NCBI GenBank assembly: GCA_000002445.1
Contig: CP000070.1
Location: forward strand, 256,001-320,000
Origin: Trypanosoma brucei
Lineage: Eukaryota
Length of the DNA stretch: 64,000 nt
Direction: 5' to 3'
The notes beneath the pieces were generated by a model. It had not been told where the DNA came from. It saw nothing but the letters and a program-made list of their open reading frames with translations, and did not search any database. The first letter of the stretch is position 1; each line of letters begins with the position of its first letter. Positions 1-9,230 of this stretch are shown here, one piece after another. A program made the translations under genes and the position numbers.

Positions 1-713
1 CGTTCTTTACCTCTTGTTCTTAGTCTTCTATTTTCACTTCGCTAATTCCATCTGGTCCTCGATCTATGGGGAGTTGACAGACATTCGAATTGTTTTGCAG
101 GTGTCTGACTGTTTGTGTGGAAGGGGAAGAAGGTTTCAAGGATTGCCTTGTTAGTTAATCATTTTGATTTTTTTCCGTATCGGGATTTAAAGGGGGGTTC
201 CATTGACCACGTTGTCGATTCTGTGGTTTTGGGGCAATTAGCACGTGAGCTCTTGTTTATATCCCTTTCTTGAGTGCTGATTAATGCCTCGAGGAGTCAC
301 CGCACGTCCTCAGTGAGGTGCGTTGATGCCATGAGGTTGACAGTTATTTCATAGCGGATCGACTTGCGGTTGACTCAGCGTAGAAAATCTTTTTTTCTCG
401 AATGTACGGGAAAGGGGCCATCTTCCGGGGTATCCGTGTGTCGGCCTTTGATATCAACGGAGGGGCTGAACTTATTTAACTCCTTGTTGTGGCTCCACCC
501 GAGGTTGCTTCCCAAAACGAGACTGGGGTTAACGCCGGTTACTTAGTTTGTCGAAAGCTCTTTCCACTGTTGTTTGACGTGGGTGGTGCTTTCATTTTTT
601 TTATCCTTTGCGATGATTTAAATCAGATACGTGCATGTGTGTGCAATTCTGTATGCCGGTGGTGTAGGGAGTGGGAATGTATCTGCAAGTTCAAAGGCTA
701 TGTTGTCGCTGTT

Positions 714-729
714 TGTGTGTGTGTGTGTG
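714..729. repeat. (GT)n microsatellite in a GT/G-rich intergenic stretch
   Basis: Direct read: gtttgtgtgtgtgtgtgtgg, followed by G-rich gtgaagggtggggaaag. Confidence 0.7.
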
Positions 730-1176
730 GTGAAGGGTGGGGAAAGTGTAGTTGTTTACGAGTTGTGTGAGTGAATTCTGTCCTATGAAACACATTAGTG
801 TGCCGATATTTGGGCCTCATGCGCTTGTTTTCTTAATATTGTTTCCAACTCCGCTCCTGACCCCTACCTTGTTTGTCAATTTCACAATGGCGTGCTTGCT
901 GTTAAAAGTATAGCTCGCGGTGTGCTGAGGGAGGTGTAGCGTCGCTAAAACAGTTTCTGAGGTAAGAAAGAGGGGAGACACACGCATAAATATCAATACA
1001 CACAGGGCAACAATATACGGCTGCCGTTACAGCAAGAGGTCAAGGACAAAAACAAATAGCGTAAAAAAGGAAGGGTGTGGTGTTTTTTCCCCCTCCAGTG
1101 TATCTGTCAGCCCTCCACGCTGCGGTAGGGTGAAAGTGGTTCATACTCACAAAAAAAAGAGGGGGAAGTATAATAA

Positions 1177-3513
1177 ATGTCTGACAGTGGTGACGAATAC
1201 GAAAGGAGGGAGGACATCCTTCTGCAGGATGATATTAACCTGGCGGGGGCCAATGTTAATGGAGTGGACACTGATCCGTGCGGTTATTACGCATCGCTTG
1301 GCGTGTCGCAGGACTCCTCGCAGGCAGCGATCCGCCGTGCGTTTCTCCAATTAAGTCAAATTTTTCACACAGATAAGCACGTTGGTGAGGACGAAGAAAT
1401 TCAGGCACTTATGAACGAGCGATTCCAGCAACTGATGGAGGCGTACTCTGTGCTTTCTGACGAAGGGAAGCGGGCTGCGTATGATGCAAGCGGCAAGTTG
1501 GGTCTTAACCGCTACTCGCTCATTCCCAAAGAGATCACACAGAGAGAAGATATTTTGCGTTACATGTCTACTCTGGAGAGGGAAGCAGAACTGTTGAAGC
1601 TATCGAAATTGCTCTCTGCTAGTTCTAGGACTACCGTCTCGTATTCTGTCGATCATCTCACAAATTCCATGTGGAAACTTGGAACTTCTGCAAATGATAC
1701 TTTGCAGCAGCAGAGTAATGGTGTTGATACTGAGGAGGCAGGTACTGACGAGGGGGAGACGGAGACACCTCCTAAAGGTGACATAGCGGATGCGGCAAAC
1801 GGGGCGGAAGGAAGCAGTGCGCAACCTGTTCCACTCAACACGAGTGTCGCCGTACGAGAAGTGCAGCTAGATGGAAAGAACTTACTTGTGTTAATTCCCG
1901 GAGATGAGGTGCAGCAGCAGTTGCGGCAGCAGTTACAGCATTCGACTGGTGGTGGCAGTGGAGGGTCAGCGGCTCCTCTCAGCCCTGAGCAGCGCTTTGG
2001 TGGGGTCCCACTTGCAGCGAAATTACTGCTTGGGTTGTTACCCCGAAAACTCCATTTCGAACACTCCATCCACCACTATGCATCGCCGTCATTTAGTGTG
2101 CGAACGAAAACGGAAGCCCAGCACGAGGGGATGCGATCGGTTTTGCGGTGTACAGCGATAGCATCCTATCAACCCAATCCAGTGACATTATATTCTATTT
2201 CGTGGCGCCTGTCTGTCGCGAGGTTGCACATCGCTTGTACTTGGGAGCGCATACTCAACAACTTGTGGAGACTTAAATCAAAACTGGTACTGTTCAACAC
2301 CCAGTCTCTACTTCCCATGTATGAGCTGTCTCTTAAACGGATGCTGGCTGCTGGGTTGGAGATCGAAAACACGTGGGTTATGTCAATGAGAAACAGGGGC
2401 TTGTTCAGAACTACGATAGGGCAATCTACGCCTGAAGGTGCGCAACGAGGTCTGCAGTTTCTTGTTGGTTATCGCAGTGCAAATGTTTCTCTTTTCAGCA
2501 CTGCGCCTGTGGTGTGGGGGGGAGGGGAACCAGGCTGTGGGGGTGTTTCGAGGGGCGTGTTGGAGCATTCAGTGAGCGTAGATGCGTTGCGGGGCAGAGC
2601 GCACGTTGGCTTCTCCTCATGGTATACTATTTCGAAGTATAATCGGATTGGGGTCGGTTTTTCCACGGCCCTTCCATGTCCTCGTGGTCTTTCGAGGTAC
2701 GTCTCGCCATTTGTGGACCACCCCGAATACCTTTCTATCAATGAAATGTCATTTCTCTTAGGGAGGGGTGACCATCTTATTCGGATCCCTGTCGTCGTTT
2801 TCCACTCACCGAAAGTTCAAAGCGCCTTACTGTGGTTGACAGCTCCGGTGTTACTTTATCGTATTGGGCGGCTTGTTATGCGACCATATCAATCGGCTCG
2901 CATGGCGGCTCTGTATCGTCAAAATCGTTTGGACCATCGAACAGAGATGGATGTGGCCCGTGTGCGTGCCACTCACGAACAAAAGGCATTGCAGAGCAGC
3001 TCCCTCCGCAGTCGTATGGCGGAGGAGCAAATCGGTGGACTTGTTATAATCAATGCGAGATATGGCGTGCTTCAGCCGCGCTACCCGGAGTCGTTGGTTT
3101 TGCCACCGAAACAACCGAATGCCGCGGGTAACCGTTCTGAAGTTAGTGGAAGGCAACGGCAGACGTGGTGGAGGTTTTGGCGGGCGGGGAGGGGGACCCC
3201 CACGCCTTCGGAGTCCGTGACCGTGAACGGTAAAAAAAAAGACGAAGGTGAAGAAACCGAAGGCGATTCATCATCCTCAGTACTTGTGTTGGACGTAACG
3301 GTGCCGCTGCAAAACTTTGTTCGAGACTCTCAGCTTGTACTTCCAGAGGGATCCAAGAGTAAATTGGTTGGTTTCACCGACCCTGATCCCTTTACACGGG
3401 AAAGAAAGCAACTTAAAATTGTTTATAGGTTCCAGCGTCGGCGACATGTGGTTATTTTAGATGATGAAGATATCGTTCGACTGCCACAAAGGGAACATTT
3501 GGTTGAGTCGTAG
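1177..3513 (+). CDS. J-domain (DnaJ-like) protein. The N-terminal J domain carries HTD instead of the canonical HPD tripeptide.
   Basis: 778-aa ORF. Residues ~35-100 read YYASLGVSQDSSQAAIRRAFLQLSQIFHTDKH...ERFQQLMEAYSVLSDEGKRAAYD, which matches the J-domain consensus (YYxxLGV...AYRKLAxKYHPDKN...F..I.EAYEVLSD..KR..YD). The sequence has FHTDKH where HPDKN is expected. Confidence 0.6.
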   Translation: MSDSGDEYERREDILLQDDINLAGANVNGVDTDPCGYYASLGVSQDSSQAAIRRAFLQLSQIFHTDKHVGEDEEIQALMNERFQQLMEAYSVLSDEGKRAAYDASGKLGLNRYSLIPKEITQREDILRYMSTLEREAELLKLSKLLSASSRTTVSYSVDHLTNSMWKLGTSANDTLQQQSNGVDTEEAGTDEGETETPPKGDIADAANGAEGSSAQPVPLNTSVAVREVQLDGKNLLVLIPGDEVQQQLRQQLQHSTGGGSGGSAAPLSPEQRFGGVPLAAKLLLGLLPRKLHFEHSIHHYASPSFSVRTKTEAQHEGMRSVLRCTAIASYQPNPVTLYSISWRLSVARLHIACTWERILNNLWRLKSKLVLFNTQSLLPMYELSLKRMLAAGLEIENTWVMSMRNRGLFRTTIGQSTPEGAQRGLQFLVGYRSANVSLFSTAPVVWGGGEPGCGGVSRGVLEHSVSVDALRGRAHVGFSSWYTISKYNRIGVGFSTALPCPRGLSRYVSPFVDHPEYLSINEMSFLLGRGDHLIRIPVVVFHSPKVQSALLWLTAPVLLYRIGRLVMRPYQSARMAALYRQNRLDHRTEMDVARVRATHEQKALQSSSLRSRMAEEQIGGLVIINARYGVLQPRYPESLVLPPKQPNAAGNRSEVSGRQRQTWWRFWRAGRGTPTPSESVTVNGKKKDEGEETEGDSSSSVLVLDVTVPLQNFVRDSQLVLPEGSKSKLVGFTDPDPFTRERKQLKIVYRFQRRRHVVILDDEDIVRLPQREHLVES

Positions 3514-3945
3514 TTAGCCACCCTGCGTTCATACAGCGCTAATGTGTGTTTGTGGGGGAGGGGCTGAGGAAGGCGAAATATGTTTCAAGTCCGCCCCGGC
3601 TGGGTGTCATTATGCAGCAGCGGGAGACTCGGGAATATCTGTGGTGCCACCTCCCTCTGCGGAGGTGTGGTGTGGGGGAGGCTTAAACTGGTGTTTAGAC
3701 TGATTTGAACGAACGGTAGCGAATGCGGATGGTATGATTCGCTGTGTAATTATAATCTTTAAGGGTTTCCTTTTTATTCATTCGTGCCCTTTCACCGGCA
3801 ACGTAGGCATGCCGCCGGTGCCGTTTAAGCATACTTCATCATTTTCTCATTATAAAAGGTATTTGCCTTCCTTTGTGGTATCAACCCCTTGCCTGAACTA
3901 TTCAACCTGTCGTGTTGTTTCTTATAGGGGGCCGCTACAGGTTAC

Positions 3946-6027
3946 ATGACACGTTGCCGGCTCGTTGGTGCTTCTTCTGGTGGGAAATATATTTCTACTA
4001 CCAATGCAAAGACTCGCCCCGTGATGGGCTGTTTGAGGTTTGCCTCAAGATTGTCGGCCCTCGGATCGACTCAACAACCGAAGTTCTTCGCCCTGCCGCT
4101 GCTTGCAACAACACGTGGTTTCGGTCACCTTGTGCGCGAGGTAGATATGCGGGGCTTTCGAGGTGATTTTGGACAACTGCGACACAAGAACTTGGCGAGT
4201 ACACAACGGTATGTCACTGATGCCCTTGGAGCCAAGAAAAACGTAATATTTTGTGGTGCCTATCACACGGGGAAGTTAACAATTCTGAAGGCAATAGGTG
4301 AAGCGTGTGAGGCCCGGGGGAAGAAGGTCGCATACGTGTCGTGTAACCCTCAGCGCGCGTCTCGTTTCGGTGGTTTTTTGTTGTATCACTTTGTTGGGCT
4401 GCGTTACCTGTTCCGTAACGAGATTCCCTCACGAGACCAGTTGGATGGGGCGTTGGAAAGACATGCACGGCTTTGTGAATCTACATACGCTGGATGCGTA
4501 CCAAGTTTGAAGTCAGTTGATGTGTTGATATTCGATGCTGTGGATCAACTTGAACCCACTATTCTGGCGTCTATGGATGCGGTGTGTCGCCGTTTGCGAG
4601 GGAAACCGAATGACGCCTTTGGGGGCCTGCGTGTCTTTGCTGCAGCTGATTTCTGGCGTCTCCCGGTTCATCCCAGCAGCGACACTGGTGGCTATATCTT
4701 CCAACTAGATAATTGGGGGGAGCTGTTTCCAAAGCAGCATCTGCTGAAGAAAATCTATGGGCAGACAAAAGCACTTACCACACTTGTGAACAAGGCATAT
4801 TACGGCCAACTCTCTGCTGAGGATATTGAAGAACTTGAGGCGCGGTCATCGGCGGGAAGGACGGAAAGTGGAGCTGCCTGTGGTGGCTCAAAAAAGGAGG
4901 CTTCCGAGACAAGTGGAAGTTTTAGTGTCAGTGACGATGGCAGTCGCCAGGTGGAGGTTGAAGAGGAAGGAGCAGGCTCTGGTTTGTTGCCACCGCAGCG
5001 ACTAATTTCCAACGCTGAAGCCATTATCAAATTTACCTCACGTTTCCCGAAACAGCCGTCGATCCGTGTACTGCCACCGCGTTTTCGAACGCTGAAACGA
5101 ACGGAAATAGGGAATTACATTGTAAACATGATGGTTCAGTCCTCCACGCTGCATTCTTTTGGCCTCGTTGACTCACTGAACCTTGACATCGGTGCGTCCG
5201 TGCATCTCCTTTTTGATGGCACCGCAGACTTTGGTGTAACGGCAGGAACGGTTGGTGAGGTGTTGCAGGTAAAAGAACACGCGCTTGTTGTCCACTTTCC
5301 TTCCGTACATCGCACTGTGGATGTTCCTCGCATGCGAATTAGCGTTTACCACCCCTTCTACCCCGAGGTGCGGTATGAAGTTCAACAGTTTCCCCTATAT
5401 CCACGCCATTGTATCTCACCTATTAACATGTTGACGTATCATCACGCATACCAAGTGCACATTGACTGTCATCAACTTGCAGACACAAACGATCTGGGGA
5501 ATATACTTGCACGCATGCGTACCTTCGATGACTTTACAATCGAGCGCGTCCATGACTTTGCCCATTTGGATGGTATGGTACACGAGCCAACTCGAATTTA
5601 TTATCAGCGCATCGACAACCAACCCCTTTCTTCAGCGGCAGAGCAATGGTGCCGAAACTGCAAGTCTTATGTTTCAACCTCCGACTTCTACACCCACTGG
5701 GATAAGTGTGTTCGTCAGGTTCGTTGGTGTACCGTATGCAACACGCGTATCCCACTGGAACGGCTTGGCCCCCACCAGGAGAAGCATCAAATTGTGTTAT
5801 GCCTGGACTGCGGTCGTGCGGTTGAGTGGCGTCGGTGGGAGGGCCACCGGCTCACGTGTTCCGCAATGATGCGCGAGGTTTCACCTGAAAATGAATTCCT
5901 TCCGCTACGTACCCGCCAGCTGGCGTTAGAGATGGGTCTCGATAAACGTGATTTACATACAATGAAGGGCTTTAACCGCGGCATGCTCCCAAAGTCGCGA
6001 AAACAGTGCAACGGTGGAGAAGCTTGA
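3946..6027 (+). CDS. PIF1-family-like P-loop NTPase with degenerate catalytic motifs and a C-terminal Cys/His-rich zinc-finger-like region. The N-terminus resembles a mitochondrial presequence. Possibly the divergent PIF8-type protein.
   Basis: 693-aa ORF. The motif I-like [21 protein letters not shown] matches PIF1 vFftGsAGTGKS. The motif II-like [10 protein letters not shown] has DA where PIF1 has [19 protein letters not shown] matches PIF1 motif III FGGiqlilcGDFlQLPPV, with GDF replaced by ADF. The C-terminus reads CRNCKSY...HWDKC...CTVCNTR...HQEKH...CLDCGR. The N-terminus is R/S-rich ([14 protein letters not shown]). Confidence 0.5.
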
Positions 6028-6132
6028 AGGAAGAGGCTACTAGTTTTTTTGGTGATGGTGGTGGTGGTGTGCTGCATGTACCATGGATTAGAGAGGATTG
6101 CAGAGGGTCAAGTGATGTGTGTGCGTGCAGGT

Positions 6133-6158
6133 GGGGACTTGGAGGGTGGGGGGAGGGG
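6133..6158 (+). other. Canonical G-quadruplex-forming motif (G3+ N1-7)x4 just downstream of the PIF1-like stop codon
   Basis: Direct read: GGGGacttggaGGGtGGGGGGaGGGG. Confidence 0.5.
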
Positions 6159-6522
6159 TGCGTTCATCTCTTTATTCCGCGCTTAGATGACAGATTGACT
6201 TTAGCGGTGTACGACTGGAATGCCGACGTAGATATGCACTTTCGTTGCCTCATAGTCATTTTCGTATTCACTTCTGTACTGTTGTTGTCATTGCTATTGC
6301 CTTCATGTTGAGTGGTGTGGGTGCTGTTTTGCTTTGCATTGCGAGGTTGCAGGTTTTCGCTCTACTAGCATTATTACTGGTTCCATCTTGAATGCACCCT
6401 CCGCTTCATGTACACAACACGTTTCTTTCCCATAACATTCTGGATCCGTAGTTAGTACGACCCTTAACCCAGGAGGCTCCGTATCAGCTAGCCGCACTTT
6501 CCCCTCTTGGTTGAAATAGGAA

Positions 6523-7038
6523 ATGCCACCGAATTCGGCTACGCGTTGGCTCCCGTTCGTCTCTTCTGACCTTAAGGATTATCTTAACCGCTATTGGGCG
6601 GTTATGTTTACGGTCGGTGCGCGCCCAATAGAGACGGGCCACATTCGCCACTACGTGTCATGGTATTGTACACGGATGAAGGTGGTGCTTTTGGACCACC
6701 ACGTTTACGTGGAACCGTTGCGCCAACAGTTGCAGGAGGTGAGTCGCACCCCTGAGTTACCGCTTCTCTTTGTTAATAAGAAACTTGTGGGGACACTCCG
6801 AGATGTGGAACTGCTGGAGCGTGAGAAGAAGTTGAAGGATGTGTTGCATTTTGGTTTCGAATGGCGCGTTGGGGGGAGCGTTGCCGCCACGAATGGACAA
6901 AAATCTCTAATGGGCGCCCTTCCAGCCCCTTACGGCGATGCGGAATTCTTCCGTGGCCGTTACCGTGGCCCCCCTGTTGCGCGCCCGGTTGTGTCCCTTC
7001 CAACGTTGCACCCCTTCGCCCTCCGATCGGAGGAGTGA
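6523..7038 (+). CDS. Hypothetical protein with a glutaredoxin-like (thioredoxin-fold) C-terminal segment. It lacks a canonical CxxC/CGFS active site.
   Basis: 171-aa ORF. ...SWYCTRMKVVLLDHHVYVEPLRQQLQEVSRTPELPLLFVNKKLVGTLRDVELLEREKKL resembles the glutaredoxin core (CPYC...K.lL...v.y..veLD...g.eiq..L...TVPqiFInGkhIGGcDdl..L...G.L). The match is weak. Confidence 0.3.
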   Translation: MPPNSATRWLPFVSSDLKDYLNRYWAVMFTVGARPIETGHIRHYVSWYCTRMKVVLLDHHVYVEPLRQQLQEVSRTPELPLLFVNKKLVGTLRDVELLEREKKLKDVLHFGFEWRVGGSVAATNGQKSLMGALPAPYGDAEFFRGRYRGPPVARPVVSLPTLHPFALRSEE

Positions 7039-7264
7039 TTTTTCCCCATTGCATTATACTCGCTGTGTCAGCACTTAAAAGTTATTGGTGTGATAGAATG
7101 GGGTAATTGTAATTATATATTGCTGCAAACCGAAAGAACGTAGTGGGTCTGCATTAGTGTTTTCAATTTGCTTCTTCGCCTCCCCGTGCCTTCGATTTGT
7201 TAACGGTGTCGGCAATGCTAGGTAAGCAGCGGCCTCCTTCATGGTAGAGGAAGTGCTGTAACAA

Positions 7265-8218
7265 ATGTCCTCCGGCGAACTGCAACAATCGACCCCCGGA
7301 GCGCCGCAAGATCTGGAAGAAATGCTCACTGCTCTGCGCAATGAGGCGGAAGCAGGAGCATCTGGTGGATCTACCAAACCCGAGAGAAGCCACCCAGCTG
7401 TTGCATTTTACTGTGGTAAACGTGCTGTGCGACTGCAGGTAGTACCAGATGGCACAGATATTTCGCATTCTGAGGACTCCACACTGTATGTTATTTCCCT
7501 TCATCAAGCACTCCTCCCTGCCCACTACAATGATTCATTTAGCGAGGAGGAGCATTCGTTACGTCTTTCTAGCTCTGAGGGGCTTGAGTTGTTGCGCACT
7601 AACTGGGAACTCCTACTGTGGCTACTCATGCCCTCTGTACAAATTAGCGCTTCGTGCGACCCGATGGACGGGGCTGATGACTCCTCACCAATATCTTCAT
7701 GGCGTGAATTGTGTTGTCCCTTGACATGGGAGGACTATAAATGTCTTCGACGACACGGTGTAATGGACCGCGTGCATTATAGTTACGTAGTGTTTCTGCG
7801 CTTCTACGGATGGCGGTTGCATAATGAGGAGAACGGAGTTCTTGACCGACATAGAAATTGGGAAGCAAGGTACAGATTACTCGTATCTCCGGATCAGTGC
7901 TGTAAGTGTTCGCTCGGAGGTGGTGTTGCTTGCGACGAAGTTGTCAGGCGTTGGACATGTGATGACGGGGTGCCTTGTCCCTACACCGCGCTAACCCGGA
8001 TTTTAAAGGTGTTGCTGGAATTGTGCTTCAATCGATACGCGGTGAATTTGGTTGCATTCATCATTGAAGAAATGAGCAAGGGGCGCTTGCTGTTTTTGCA
8101 GCAAATACTGGAAAGTGTTTGGTTCCCAATTGTCGTGAACTCCAAGCAGGTTGCCGATGCCGACAGGGATTACCTCAGTCGGAAGCTGCATCACCTCACT
8201 CACAGCGACTCCGACTAG
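7265..8218 (+). CDS. Hypothetical protein
   Basis: 317-aa ORF on the + strand, collinear with its neighbours. No recognisable domain. Confidence 0.4.
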   Translation: MSSGELQQSTPGAPQDLEEMLTALRNEAEAGASGGSTKPERSHPAVAFYCGKRAVRLQVVPDGTDISHSEDSTLYVISLHQALLPAHYNDSFSEEEHSLRLSSSEGLELLRTNWELLLWLLMPSVQISASCDPMDGADDSSPISSWRELCCPLTWEDYKCLRRHGVMDRVHYSYVVFLRFYGWRLHNEENGVLDRHRNWEARYRLLVSPDQCCKCSLGGGVACDEVVRRWTCDDGVPCPYTALTRILKVLLELCFNRYAVNLVAFIIEEMSKGRLLFLQQILESVWFPIVVNSKQVADADRDYLSRKLHHLTHSDSD

Positions 8219-9230
8219 GGACGGCAAACCTATTATAGCAGCTTGCATTGAGGCCAAGTCCCTATCCTTGCTGCAGTGGTGCCATTTCTCTTCCAGTGAT
8301 TGGACCAACATTAACGCTAAGCGCTGGTGGCGTGCTTACGATCATGCACTATGCTCTAGCTCTGCGATATTTGTGAATCTGGTGCAATAAGGTATTACGA
8401 ATCTACTCCTTGTTCATGTAGATTTGGTCGCTTCTTCCTCTTTCTTTTATTCCGTTGCCGTACGACTGGGATACTTCAGAGGCTTCAGAGTTGGAGGCAT
8501 TTGTAGGAATAGGTCAAGGGTGAGTGTTGTAACGCCTGTGAGACAACACGTAGTCCCCAATATGGATTATCAGTTCTTGTGGGATGTGGAGTTTGTCTTT
8601 CCACTGGCTAGTTTGCTGCTTTCCTCAGCCATCACTTGGGTAGGTGCTCCCATTGTTTCGCGGTGGTTGCCCCATCTTCCACCGGTGGAAGAGAATGAGC
8701 CCCGATTCACTCGAACACCGCGGAAAACCCGTACCAAGGGAGACTAAAAAGCTGCGTTGTTGCCAACTTCCCCCTCCCCCCATCTTTCACATTCACATGT
8801 GCACGTTTGTGGGTGCCCCTTTGCGTAAGGGGCTCAGCGCTGACTACCCACACGAACCGCAGGAGTAAAGGGAAGTGCCTCATTTTTGTTCATGATCAGC
8901 CATGTCGTTGGCGCGCTTCTGTAGACGTGTGTAACGTGGTAAGTATTTTGTGCTTTTGTATTTTGCGCTTCGAGGGCCCGCTACGCACAAAAAAAATGCT
9001 CTCCTCTAAACTTCGATTCCTTATCTCTTGTGATGTCTTTACACTGTGCAGAAGGGGTAGCGAGTGTGGGGTACAGAAGGTGCTGTCGCATTGTAGCGTT
9101 TGCACGGTCGTTATCGCTGTTGTTCTGCGGCGATCCACCAAAACAATAGCCCACAACGAAGCGCAGGCAAGACAGTTGTTTGTTCAGTTTATTTCCTTCT
9201 CTTTGTCTGTTCAACTGTCTATAGTGCCAC

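Noticed and set aside
2511-2545. G-run cluster (GGGGGGAGGGG...GGGGG...GGGG) resembling a G4 motif
   Set aside because: It lies inside the J-domain protein CDS with long loops (8-11 nt) and encodes a Gly-rich peptide segment. It is weaker than the intergenic motif at 6133.
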